A stretch of DNA of 64,000 nt, from the NCBI GenBank assembly GCA_964247055.1, contig OZ176051.1:6510001-6574000 (forward strand). The letters run 5' to 3'. Positions 25,439 through 37,713 of the stretch are shown piece by piece. This DNA comes from Paragordius varius. Lineage: Eukaryota; Animalia; Nematomorpha. Made by a program: the position numbers and the translations under genes. Under the pieces are notes generated by a model. The model had not been told where the DNA came from and did no database searches. It worked only from the letters and a program-made list of their open reading frames with translations. Each line of letters starts with the position of its first letter. Position 1 is the stretch's first letter.

Positions 25439-28400
25439 ATGCTTTTTAAGGTATGAGTTTTTTAAAAAATATCTATAGAATATTGTGGCTTTTGTTACCG
25501 GTGGAAGTTCTGGATTGGGTAAGAATACCATAAAGTTTTTGTTAAACAAGGGTGCAAAAGCTGTTGTACTATTTGATTTACCTACATCCAAGGGAAATGA
25601 AGTGGCTAAGCAGTTTGGTGAAAGGTGTAAATTTATACCAGGCGATGTATATCAAATTTTTTTATTATAGGTATCTGAAGAACATGATGTTAAAAACGCA
25701 ATGGATTTTATCAAAAATGAATATCAATTATTAAACACGGTAGTTAATTGTGCTGGCATCTCATTTGCTTACAAAACAAATAATTTTTTAAAAGATACAT
25801 ATCATTCATCGGATGATTTCAAAAAAATCCTTTTAGTATGACATAAAACAATTTAATGTTTAGGTAAATACTCTGGGCGCATTTAACGTTGCCAAATTCG
25901 GTGCGGGATTAATTGCTCAAACAAATAAAACAGAATTAGAATTTGAGGCCAACTTAACAGCTAAATCAGGCGATTCCTCTCAAATTAATCATTTGAGCGC
26001 AATTAGAAATTTTTCTACCTCTTCAAGTTTTTTTAATATAAAATTTAGCCCAATTATATTCAGCTTTCCCCCCATACGGTGGTCTGAGTAAATTGCCCAT
26101 AAAAAATTTATCTAAAGCTAAATATCCCAAAAAATCATTGACTGATATTTCAAACATGTTTTATGATCAACCGGAAGTTCCCATTACTACAAAGAACAAT
26201 AATGATGAAATTATCCCAAACGAAAACATTATGAGTGCGACTTTGGAAAAAATATATATTGAATCTACTAACACTGCTACAACAAATATTTTAAATGATA
26301 TGAAATTTGAAAATAACTCTCAAACTAACCTCGATGATTCAATAAGGTATATTATAATTATGTGCATCTTTGACACTGTAGTATTTTTAATTTCAGAAAT
26401 AAGATAAATTCGAAAATAAATTGGATTTCCAACAGCCAATATGCAGTCAAACTTTTTTTGCGCGATATATCTAAAATTTATCCTTGTTACTTATTTTTGT
26501 ATATAGCTCATGGTATATTCTTGCATGGGTAAAAAATAAAATTGAATTATATAATATTGAATAAATGATAATAATTGTTATTCTTAGTTTTCATATAATA
26601 TCGCTTGATAGCAACACCAGTAATAAAAATTCATACAATAACCTTAAACCAATAACATTTTTATTTGCCTCTAGCAATATTTACTTAAAAATTAGCGCAT
26701 TCATTTTTTTTCAAACCGTCCTATATATATATATTTAAATATATATATATTTATTTAATCTTCAGTCCTAATACCATTGAAACAAACCACTCATCAACTA
26801 TGCCAAAATCTGTGAAAACAACTATGGACATGGGAACAAAATATCCAAAAAAATCAAACTCATCTTCTCAATTTTCAAATTCTAATCCTAACCCTAACAT
26901 ACCCTACATTCCTACGAATCAACGTCTCCCCTGTGCCAAAGAAAAGGGTGTTATTATTTTAACAGTCGCAAGTTTTGCCCTGAATGGCGAGGGCGGGGGA
27001 GGTCAAGTCGCTTACACTGCCAGTAAAGGCGCCATTTCAGCCATGATTCCAAGTCTTTGTCGCGATTTTGCAGATGCCGGGATTCGTGTATGTGCTATTG
27101 CTCCGGGTAATACTATGTTATGTTTTTTAACTACTTGGTTTATATAAATTATTATTGATTAAAACATATATTGATTTTTTTGTTAAATGATAATAGTTTC
27201 TTTTATTGAAGGAATAAGATATATATATATACCTAAGTCTAGAAACTAGGACTTTGTCGTATTTGACCGTTTAAAACAGGGGTCTCCGACACAATTGATT
27301 TCATGGGTCGCATTTGCAATATATGGGCATAAGCACATATTTTTTTTAAATTTCAAATATAAGACTGGGAAAATTACTATTTATTTTCACATGTTATGCT
27401 AGTTCATTGTCAAAATTTGGAATAGTTAATTTAGAAAGTTTGGTTAAGAAAATTAATTTCACTTATATTTTGTGGAATTTTATATAATCGCGGGCCGCAA
27501 AAATATTTGTCACCCCTTATCCTGGTTTAAAATATAGTAATCGGCTCTCCCTGACGGGTTATGGATGTAGAATTAACAAACCTTTTTTTAAATAACCAGC
27601 GCTGCTTATAAAATAATTATTTCATTCTAATGATCATGCACTTTTTCGATTTTTCCCAAAAAAAGTATCCATTTTTAATTCAAAACCATTAAAACTTGCA
27701 ACACCTTCCCCCGAACCAATTTTTTTGTGGATGTTTTGGATCGGTCAGTATGAATTAAGTAAATTGAAAAATTGAAAATAAATCGTTGTTTTAATTTTTT
27801 AACAAATATATATCCGCAAATAATATTATATATATATTTGAAAAACTAAATTTTAATTGAAAATTAATTAATTGATCGATTTTAACTGCAATTAATCTCA
27901 AAAAGGGTTAGATACGGATATTAAGCCTTGTATTTTTTCCACAAACAGAGTCTTTAGATCCAATTTATATTACCAAAAATGTAAAATAAAATGATTATAA
28001 CCGAACACAATAAAGTTAATCGTTCAAATTAGTATTGATAGTTTCAATAATATTTTATAATAAAATACAAAAATAACTTAATTTCTTTTAGATTAATTTT
28101 AAGTTTTATTCCAATATCTTCACCAAATTAAAAACGATGTCAAACATTTCATACAGATTTTATCTAAAAATATTTTCATGACGCGTTTTGTCCCTTTAAA
28201 TAATGGATGCTTTTGTAGAATCTATTATATTTAAAAAAATAACTTAAATCGAGCTTTCTGTATAGATTACAAATTAACTTTTTACTAGCATTTATATGGA
28301 AATATCTGATATTAAAGCGATGGTTTATATAGTTAGAGCGATATTTTATGGCCATACTTAGCAATTTTCTAATATTAAATATTTTTATTTATTAATCGAT

Positions 28401-29591
28401 ATGTTTTGTTGGTTAACCTTTATTTAAAATTTTTAATAAATTATTTTTATAGGTTATTTCGATACACCTCTTACTCAACATCTTCCCGAACGAGTTATAA
28501 ATATGTTGGCCGACAATGTACCATATCCGAATAGGTCTATACTTTATTTAGTTTTACTAAATATGCTTTTTAATTATAGCTAAAAATGATAAATTAGGCT
28601 TGAGATCCTAATAATTTTAGTTACTAACATTTTAAAATGGCGGTTTACCTTTCTTTTTTATCAGATTTTCTGATTTTGGTTTCACTAATTTACATGGATA
28701 TTCCATATGAATTATGAATATAGCTGCATAATTATAAAGGCACAAAATTTTTTTTCTATTTTTATAGATGATAATTTTAAAATTAAAGATGGTAAAAAAT
28801 ATTTACAAAAACGAGTTTAGATTTAATTCCCAGGTTTTATTTATATTTTTACTAAATCCCTCTTGTTATACTTAAATTAAAATTAAAAATTTGATTAGGA
28901 ACATATTTGACATGAGACTCATTTTTAATACATTTTTTCCTGAAATTAAATTTTACGCATATTAAATAATTTTTCTAGTTTTTAAACATATATTAATTAC
29001 TATAGTTTAAAATTAAGATTGCGATTATTTAGGTTTTAATGAGGATGATAAAATCGAACATTTTCTTATGCATTAGTACAAAAATAAACGTGCAATAATT
29101 TTTAATAAATGCTTGTAAAAATTATGAACTTATCGATTATTTTGGACTTTACCCCCATCGATTATATGAGAAGGTATTTTTTTTAAAAAAATTTTAATTT
29201 GAATATCCTTTTGGTTCCTAAATAATTTTTTGAATGAATTAACAGACAAAAATTTATGGTATTTTAAAATCTATAAATTTTATAATAAATTACCATACAC
29301 AATTTTTTTGCGTTTATAAAATGGCCTATTTCCATTTTATTGATAACACAAAACTTTTCATCATTAATTAAAAATTAATGAAATGTTAGAAATCAAATGG
29401 TTTTTTTTTGATTAATTTATGCATATTTTAAACTGAAACTATTTTTTCATATTTTTATTATGTATATATTTTTTCATTACAGACTTGGTCATCCTGATGA
29501 TTTTGCCCAACTGGTTGGACATATCATTGAAAACAAATATCTCAACGGAACTGTGATAAATTTAAATGGTGGCTTTAGAAATCCCTTATGA
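25439..29591 (+). CDS. HSD17B10: 3-hydroxyacyl-CoA dehydrogenase type-2 (HSD17B10/scully/MRPP2) with a large internal insertion (445 aa)
   Basis: Exons 25439-25450, 25479-25646, 25671-25835, 25864-26026, 26049-26346, 26766-27106, 28453-28534 and 29483-29591 total 1338 nt and are in frame. Motifs are [77 protein letters not shown] and [11 protein letters not shown]. Confidence 0.93.
27277..27524. mobile_element. hAT (Buster-like) MITE family F, 248 bp
   Basis: Perfect 8-bp target duplication GTTTAAAA at 27269-27276 and 27525-27532. Ends CAGGGGTCTCCGAC / GTCACCCCTTATCCTG, with an internal GCGGGCCGC. Confidence 0.88.
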
Positions 29592-30561
29592 ATATATTTT
29601 GTTTTGCACAATTTTTGAATAAATTTTTATTTAGTTATATTTTAATTTTCCATTTGTAACTTTAAAGTCACTTGATCTTGTTGGGTTAAAAAATTCTATT
29701 CTGTGGTTGGTTAATTGAAGTTGATGAAATTATTGATATTACTATTCATAAATTTTATTGAAAATAAAATCTTTTCTTTCTCGCTTGTTAAATAACGTAT
29801 TAGTTTGGTTGACTTTGAATAAATTTAAATTTTATTTCATACAAAATAGCACTTTGGTGTAAAGTCATTACATAAAACCTTAAGTAGTGCTAAGTTGACA
29901 TTCTAAAAACTATGTAAATTTTTTTTCAATACAATAACAATTTTTGAAGGCTTTATAATAAATATTTTAATTTATATCCAATATTATTTAAAATATAATC
30001 AATAAGATCTATGGACCAATTAACATGAGTGCTATAATCATAAAAGAAATAATTGGTTTTTGCCTAACAAAGATTTACGAAATCTTAACACGATAAATCA
30101 GAATAAAATTTGTACACTTTGAACCTTAAATCACACTATTTAAAATTAGTTTTTTAATTTTTTGTTTGAATGAAGTCTCCAACTTTCAATATATGAAAAT
30201 GGTGTCTCGTTGCTATAAAATATAAATTTAAAATATAATTTTAAGTAGTCAGCTGTTTAAGAGAATAAATCAAAATGGCCACATAATGACAATAAAATAA
30301 TGTTTGTGTTTTAATTTACCTTAAAATATTATGTATTTTCTATTATATGTGGCCCTGAAAAGGTTTGAGCATTTGGTTAAATTTTTTACCAAATGTTATA
30401 AAAACAGCAGATTATTAAAAATTGTTACGAGATTATTTTCCGTATATATAAAGTGACCTACACGCCGAAATATGGTGATCTCCATCGAAAAAAAGGATAG
30501 CCTTTATATATTACTGTAAATCTGCTGCTAAGCAGCCCGAGGAAGTCCTTCTGACTTCTGG

Positions 30562-30714
30562 GTTGGTCCTTGAATATTTCAAGTTGGTCCTTGAACAAAG
30601 TTGGTCCATGAACAGTTCAAGTTGGTCCTTAAACAGTTCAAGTTGGTCCTTGCACTATTCAGGTTGGTCCTTGAACATTCCAAGTTGGTCCTTGAACATT
30701 TAAAGTTGGTCCTT
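30562..30714. repeat. 21-bp minisatellite, 8 units of GTTGGTCCTTGAACAnTTCAA
   Basis: The GTTGGTCC core lies at 30562, 30583, 30600, 30621, 30642, 30663, 30684 and 30705. Six of the seven spacings are 21 bp. Confidence 0.92.
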
Positions 30715-33700
30715 AAAATTTATAAATTTTGTTTTTTGCATTTATTTTATTATTTATACTAATTTTCTTTATTTCAAAACGGTGAATTCATGCCAAAATA
30801 TTGTTTACTTGGGCGAAAAATAGATTTAAAAAATTATTTTTGTGGACTTTGTTTTTTTGAAAAAATGGCATTTTACGGGGGAAGCGGTTTAAAAGAGGGC
30901 CTAAGTCAAAAAAGCACGACAATGTTCGGCGCAATCGAAAATAACTTAACAAAAATCATATTTGAAATTGAATGGTCCAACACGTTCTCCGGAAATTGTC
31001 TCAAATACACGATTTTTGTGGATTTGTGTTTTCAAAAAAAACCGTTTTTACGGGGTGGGCCCGAACTGGGGGCCTATTTAAAAAAAAGGCGAATTATGTG
31101 GGGATTCATTAATGATTATATTTATCGATATTTGAGGTCTACCGGTTTTCCGGTACCAGATCACAAAACCAGCATTTTTCATTTTTATAAATATATAGAT
31201 TTGCTAGCCAAAAGCATTTTGTTATGCTTTTGCGGATCTAGTACTGTCGTATTCGAGAATAAAGTAAAGCGTTGCTTGCATAGAAAATTTACAAATAAGT
31301 CTCGGCATCATTTCAAATCTTTGCAATATAACAACTTTTATTGAGATGGCTAAATAAATAAAATAAGTGTTTATGCCATTAAAAGTATAACAGTTTCATA
31401 TAGATATTTTTACCACCTCTAAATATGCAGCACTTTTTCAATATTAACTATTACTGATGATAGTGATTCCGGCTTAAAAATCAACAAAATGAGACTCAAG
31501 GAGCAAAGATTCAAATTGGACAAATTTAATCCCGAACACTAGCTTAATTGATGAATCCAAGTAAATAAAACTTAATCGTTTATTACTTTGATGGAATAGT
31601 TTAATTAAATATTAAATGCTTATTTGATGGTTTTTTTTATTTTTAAACATTGACATATTGATCGTATAATGTATAATTTACAAATTTTTTAAATCATTCA
31701 GTCTCTTTCGTCTTTATATGTATATAATCTTTTACTAATTGTAACAAATATTAATGCGCTATGTAAATATATAATATGGCCTTTTCCAATTTAAATTGGT
31801 CTTTTTCAATTTTTGACTTTTGTCAAAGGGCAGTTAAAATTTAAAATTCATCCAGAAAATCAAATTATAAGTTGTGAAAGCCTGCCTTCATTCATTCAGC
31901 CGATTTTTATGTATAATCCTTTTGTTTTAAACAAAAGTGACCTTTATATCGTGCGTTCAATTTCATTTGGCATTAATTTATTTTTATATTATTTGTACAG
32001 TCATGATATATTTAATGCAAAATTGTGTGTGTATTGGAGGCAGTCTTCATGAAATAAAATCCATATTCTTAAAACACAAAACTTAACCGAAAATTTAGAT
32101 CATATATTAGGATTTACTTTGCATTGCAATGTATAGGAAATTATTAGTAATCAACTTGAACATAGAGAAACTGCATTACATCCCACTGGACGTATATTTC
32201 TTAACAAAAAATCGTACCGTACTATTTACTAATACGTTTTTTTCTGATTATCGATTTTACGCAATCTGAAATAACTTGACTTTTTAGATTAGTTAGTTAC
32301 TAATACATTAATAAAATGATTGATTATTTTTTTTAAAAATAAATTAATTATAATCATCAAATATAATAATTAACCTGTTGACTCATTGAACTTTTTTAAT
32401 GTTTTGCGCACCGTATATCATTATTTAAACTGTTACAAATATATATGAAATCATATTTTTAAATCGATTTATAATTTACGTTTTTTTTCCTTTTTAACAA
32501 ATTTAACTCAATAACATGATTTTGGCGATTAGTTTGATTAAATGATATTTCAAAACCAAAATAGGCCTTAATATGGGCCAATAAGTTAAATTAAGGATTA
32601 TGACAAAAATGTTAAACTTAAAATACTAACCAGAAAGGATTTAAACTGTTAAGTTATTTAAAATTTATAACTGAAAAATAATTTAAATATATATATATAT
32701 ATAATTCATCATCATTTTTTTGCTTTTAATTAATGAAGAAAGATAGAAAAGAAAGGTGTTTAATCATGCAAATTAGGTGATATTTATAAAAAAATATATA
32801 TTTATTATTGAAATTCCTTTATCAACATAAAAAAAGTTAAAATAAAAAAAAATTCTTTTAAAATATACATTTTTTAATAATTATATTCATATAATATTAA
32901 ATTTCATATATTTCTTAATGCCTTTTAATTTTACCCACCCTCAATTAGATATAAATGAATGTGATCTTTTTCATTATTTAATATATAGTGTTGTGAATTG
33001 AAAATGTGTGGGTTTTAAAATACCGTCAAGGTTATAAAAAATATTTTCCAACATAATTTACTTTTCAAAAATATTGTAGTTTAAGGTGTTTGAAAATAAA
33101 TGTAAAATGTTTGATTAATTTAATAATATAAATTAATTTATATTAGGCCATATATCATATTTTGAATGTGTTATAAATTTTATATCAACAGGTGTTAATA
33201 TAATGTAAAATAATTTGGTAAATAGTTTTTCATAAACGAGTTACATTTTAAAAATTATTTTTATAAAACCTTAAATTTTCCCCCCATTTAAATTAAAAAT
33301 TTGTTCAAAAATAAAATTTTTGACACTTTAATAACTGTTAAATTGGTTAAACATTTTAAAATTATTTTATTATTATCATGAAAAACTATTTCCGAAAGTT
33401 TTTTTATAAATATTTATGGCGTCATCCTGATTTTTATCAAATTAGTTTAACAAATATTAACCATATCAATCACTGAGTTAGGAGACTGCCTATCGCATAT
33501 TCCTAATAATTTCTTGATAATAATTTATGGAAAATAGGAATTTTTTTAAGGTATGTTAAACAAACAAACAAACAAACTAACACAACAGGAATGAAATTAA
33601 GAAATATAATTATAGTTGTAAAGAAATTAGACTCATAGAATCCGACAGACAAAAGCATGAAAAATGCTGAGTTAGCTATAATATAATAGGCGTATTCCTG

Positions 33701-34154
33701 ATTTAACGTTTTTACCTTGATCGAGCTTGACAAGTAAGTAAGGTGTTTTTAATTAGCATATTTTATTTCATTTCATATTTCATAAAAGGGGAAAAGCTAA
33801 AAATTATTATTCCTATATAAATAAAAAATTAATTAATTATATAAGATGTAAAATATAATGTTTTAATAATTAACTATATAAATGTTAAGGATATGTTTAT
33901 ATGAATATATATATAATATTAAATTAAAATTATTGAAAAATGGGTGATAATAATTGCCTCCATAGCAATGTAAGGACCAACTTTTAACTGTAAAATTATA
34001 TAAATGATATAATCAAAAAATTTGAATTTTTTTTCCTATTTTAAAAGAAATACACCTACCTATGTTTATTTATCTCTATACCTGGCGTCACATTTTTTAA
34101 AAAAGCTTTATCATATTATATAGCTCGATAAATTCATATTTTCATATCTATTTT

Positions 34155-34203
<49 letters not shown>

Positions 34204-34546
34204 TCGTGTATTTTCATAATGCTTCATATATTCATACTTGAAAATTAAAAAAAATAAAAATTAAAAACCGCATTTGAATTTATTAAAAAACGGTAAGCAA
34301 CGCATAAACACGTCTTTGTGAAAAAATTATCATCTCCTCTATCTTATCCTAATACTGCTGTCGATAATATTATTAACGCAAAAAATTTAAAATAAATTAT
34401 AAAACAAACGTATTGTTTAAACATCCCGTTCCCTCCTTATTTGTGTTCAATTTATTTATTTTTTCACTAAAACCCATTAGTATCCATATTTGGATTTTAA
34501 TACCGTTCGTTATCTTACGGAATATCCTTTGAATTTAACACTTACC

Positions 34547-37500
34547 ATGATGCGAACACTAGAAAAAACTTTATTCAAATATATCGATTCCCATCCATGC
34601 CTACTGGTATATAATTTTTAAATTAGATTATTGGCCATTCTTTATAATTATCAAATGTGAACATGTCACTGCTAAAAAATTTTAAATTGTTAAATTTATG
34701 GAACCACCTTTTTTTTGATATAATTGAAAAAGTGTTAACCGATACATAAAAAATCACGGATTTAAAGGTATAAAAGTTCCTTGATCCAAATAATTTTATA
34801 TAAAATTTGATATGTTTTGAATAAGACAAATATTTTTTTAAAATTTTGCTGAAATTCTCATAATTGATTATATCGATATCCTTACAAATGTTTAAAACTC
34901 ATTCGATTCATATCTTTGTTATAAATATTTCGATGAATTGAAATATATTTACAGTAGCGTGGTAAAAAATTGACCATAATCAAATTAAAAAATTAATGTC
35001 AACATATAATAGTTACAAAATTGTTTTATTAGAATCATTTTTTATAATATACATTATTGTATATATATTGGGACGGTTTTAAAATTCTAATATCATATTA
35101 AATATTCCGGCAGTCATTGCAATATTTTGATTTATATAGACAAATTAAAATATCTCTCTATGTCACTCGCTTTTAGATATTAGTGTGTTTAATATCCATT
35201 CAAAGTGTGGCTTCTCAATACGAATACGGTAATCACATGTATCAGCACAGTGACTATATGGATGGTTCTGAGTATCAACCTCACAATTGGCCTCAGTACA
35301 GCAGTGGGAGTTCAGGGTCAAAAAAGAAACAACAACCTCAACAAACTTCTTCCTCGAAAAAGGGATCCAACGCAAGAAGTTTCATTTAAATTTAAAATAA
35401 GTAAACATTGCTAGAAAGTTATCAATTATTGCCAAATAGCATATACAACAAAGGGCAGTATTATTGGCTTAATATTTTATTTCTATTATTAGCCAATGAT
35501 GATTCTCTTTGCTGCATATAACTTTCTAGCAATATATGATAATTTTCTAGCAATATATACTTACTCATATTCTATATAAATAATCTAAACTACAAAATTA
35601 ATAAATATTGGCGTATATGAATTGATGTGTGGTGTTATTGCACTTTAATATAATATTGTTGCTATTTTTTTATAAGAGTTTCTTTCTAAAGCTTAGGATC
35701 CCTAATTTTACCATTTTTGAATATATTATACCCAAATATAGCAATATATTTAGTAAAATTTGTTTTATTTCTTCTCTTAGCTGTTAATTTTTACGATAAT
35801 TTTACTGATGATGACTGCATTTAATTAAACAGGATGTGTTTCCTGCCTGGATGAGGATGCACTTTCCACAACGTATTGTACCTCACCAACCTTTATTGGA
35901 AGCAAGAAATCGGGTTCTGAAAGGCGAGTTTGTCCCATGAACACTTTTTGTGATGCACGTATGATGGTTGATAATTATGGATGTTGTTGTCCGATACCAT
36001 CTGCACGTAAACCTTTAATATTTCTGTTGATAAATATCTTTAAATTAATTTTCCATTTAGTTTTCGTTTATCGTTATTTTACGGATTTAACAACAGTTAT
36101 TACGAAAATAGGCATATTTATTCATTTTGTTTCATCACATTAATGACCAATAAGTAATTAAGTAGCGTTATGATTATATAAAACAAATTATATTCTTAAT
36201 TATATTTAATGTTATAACATAAAAAGAGTGTAATTTTAACCATTTGTTGCTTACTTTTACCCATATGCTACTGTATTGCTAATCAGCAAAAGATAATATG
36301 AATTGACCACCATTAATGTGCATACTGTATTTGGGCAGATATCAGTATTTATGGATAATTTATTTAACTTATGCACAGACTGTCATTTTTTGCCTAAAGA
36401 TCTTGCATTATTAACATTATAAAATAAATCTTCTCAACGGTTTAATAGCTAATATAATGTTTTTATCTGTATGGTCATCCATAACATAGATAATTATTAG
36501 GTTGAAGCGATTGATAATTTTTATTTAACGTCTCGTGATTTTGCTTCTCATACTTACAACGATCCTTTTTCCATGATGCTGCTATTATTATCTCATTTTT
36601 ACTGAAAGAAACAATTTTACATTAGTTTATTCACTTTATAATGGGTCAATTGGAACACAGTAGTGTATGAAAAAAGGATAAATAGTTAAAATTAAACAAT
36701 CACTATCCAATATTAAATTTGTTAATCAAGTTATGACAAGACTTATTTAACACTTAAATACAACACATTCATGTTAGTCCTTCGATTCAAATTGGGGTAG
36801 TTAAATACCCCAGGCCCGTTTAAAATTAAATCCTATAAAAATATGGAAGGAATCGAAACCATGGCAAAATTTTGCACTTATATATCCTTAATAAACCGAA
36901 ACATATAAAAAAATTATTCAAAAATATTTAATATTACTTATTTTAAGCTAAAACCGAAAGGTAAAAATTTAGTCAACGCGACATGTGAGCAACGGTAAAA
37001 TTAAAAAATAATACAAAATAAACCGCCTTTTCCATTTCTATCAATGTTGGATGTCATTTAAATAAAAAATTAGCTTTAATTTTACCCTTAAAATTAAATG
37101 AAGTCGTTATTTTGCAAAAATTTTGTAAAATAAAAATGGCGTCGAAGTAGTTTCATATGAAACTTTTTTTTCAAAACAAAATTATATTTAGATGTTTTGG
37201 CATTTTTATATAATTTTTATTAGGATAGAAGCATAAATTTAAATTAGAACAGTTTACTTCAGTAGTTTTTTATAAATTGTAACTCAAATTTAGTGTGGGG
37301 AATTTAGATACCCCAATTTAAATTGAAGTGCTAATATCATACACTACTGTATTACAAATGGATCAATAACAATAAGAATGTGACTAAGCCAGCATCAAAG
37401 GGCTTATTGTATTTTTCATTTTTTGTTCATTCCTACATTTTTTTCGATTGCTATTTCCACCCTAGTAACGACAACCACAATGGCACCCGTTACAACTATT

Positions 37501-37713
37501 TCCATTCCCCGTTTGAGTGTCATGGTGATTCCTCAGGGAACATGTCCAGGAAATCTAACCCGAACGCCAAATTGTAACCCGTGTAGTATTACAAGTTGTC
37601 CAGGTCTCCCGGTTAATAGTGCTGGCAACATGATAATTTGTGTGGAACGAGTTTGTGGTCAATGTCAAAGACTGACTTTTTCTTTGTCCCCCTTTGGGCC
37701 AATCATGTGCTAA
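34547..37713 (+). CDS. Orphan secreted cysteine-rich precursor protein (227 aa)
   Basis: Exons 34547-34606, 35177-35378, 35833-36006 and 37466-37713 total 684 nt and are in frame. The ATG is in an ACCATG context. A hydrophobic stretch (CLLILVCLISIQSVAS) forms across the first junction. A Tyr/Gln/Ser-rich segment ends in RR, followed by two 8-Cys modules separated by a Thr-rich linker. Confidence 0.75.
36130..36328. mobile_element. Decayed foldback MITE family E
   Basis: 36255-36328 is the reverse complement of the family E arm (acagtatgcacattaatgg...gcaatacagtagcatatgggtaaaa). The left arm is decayed. Confidence 0.55.
36605..37400. mobile_element. Family E element with a second inverted-repeat element nested inside (36771-37337)
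   Basis: The outer IR is CAGTAGTGTATGA (36658) / TCATACACTACTG (37337-37349), with family-E-like flanks. The inner ~42-bp IR is atgttagtccttcgattcaaattggggtagttaaatacccca / tggggaatttagataccccaatttaaattgaagtgctaatat. Confidence 0.6.

Noticed and set aside
30562-30714. CRISPR-like appearance of the 21-bp array
   Set aside because: The variable parts are only ~8 nt and resemble each other, there are no cas genes, and the context is eukaryotic.
30790-31344. 184-aa ORF, the longest unexplained ORF in the window
   Set aside because: It overlies a diverged direct repeat and repeat-like DNA, and it has no recognisable transposase or other motif. A real exon within 31200-32200 cannot be fully excluded.
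33503-33733. 76-aa hydrophobic minus-strand ORF resembling a membrane protein
   Set aside because: Its hydrophobicity comes partly from the reverse complement of a (CAAA)n run. I found no convincing upstream exon, and the splice signals favour the plus strand.
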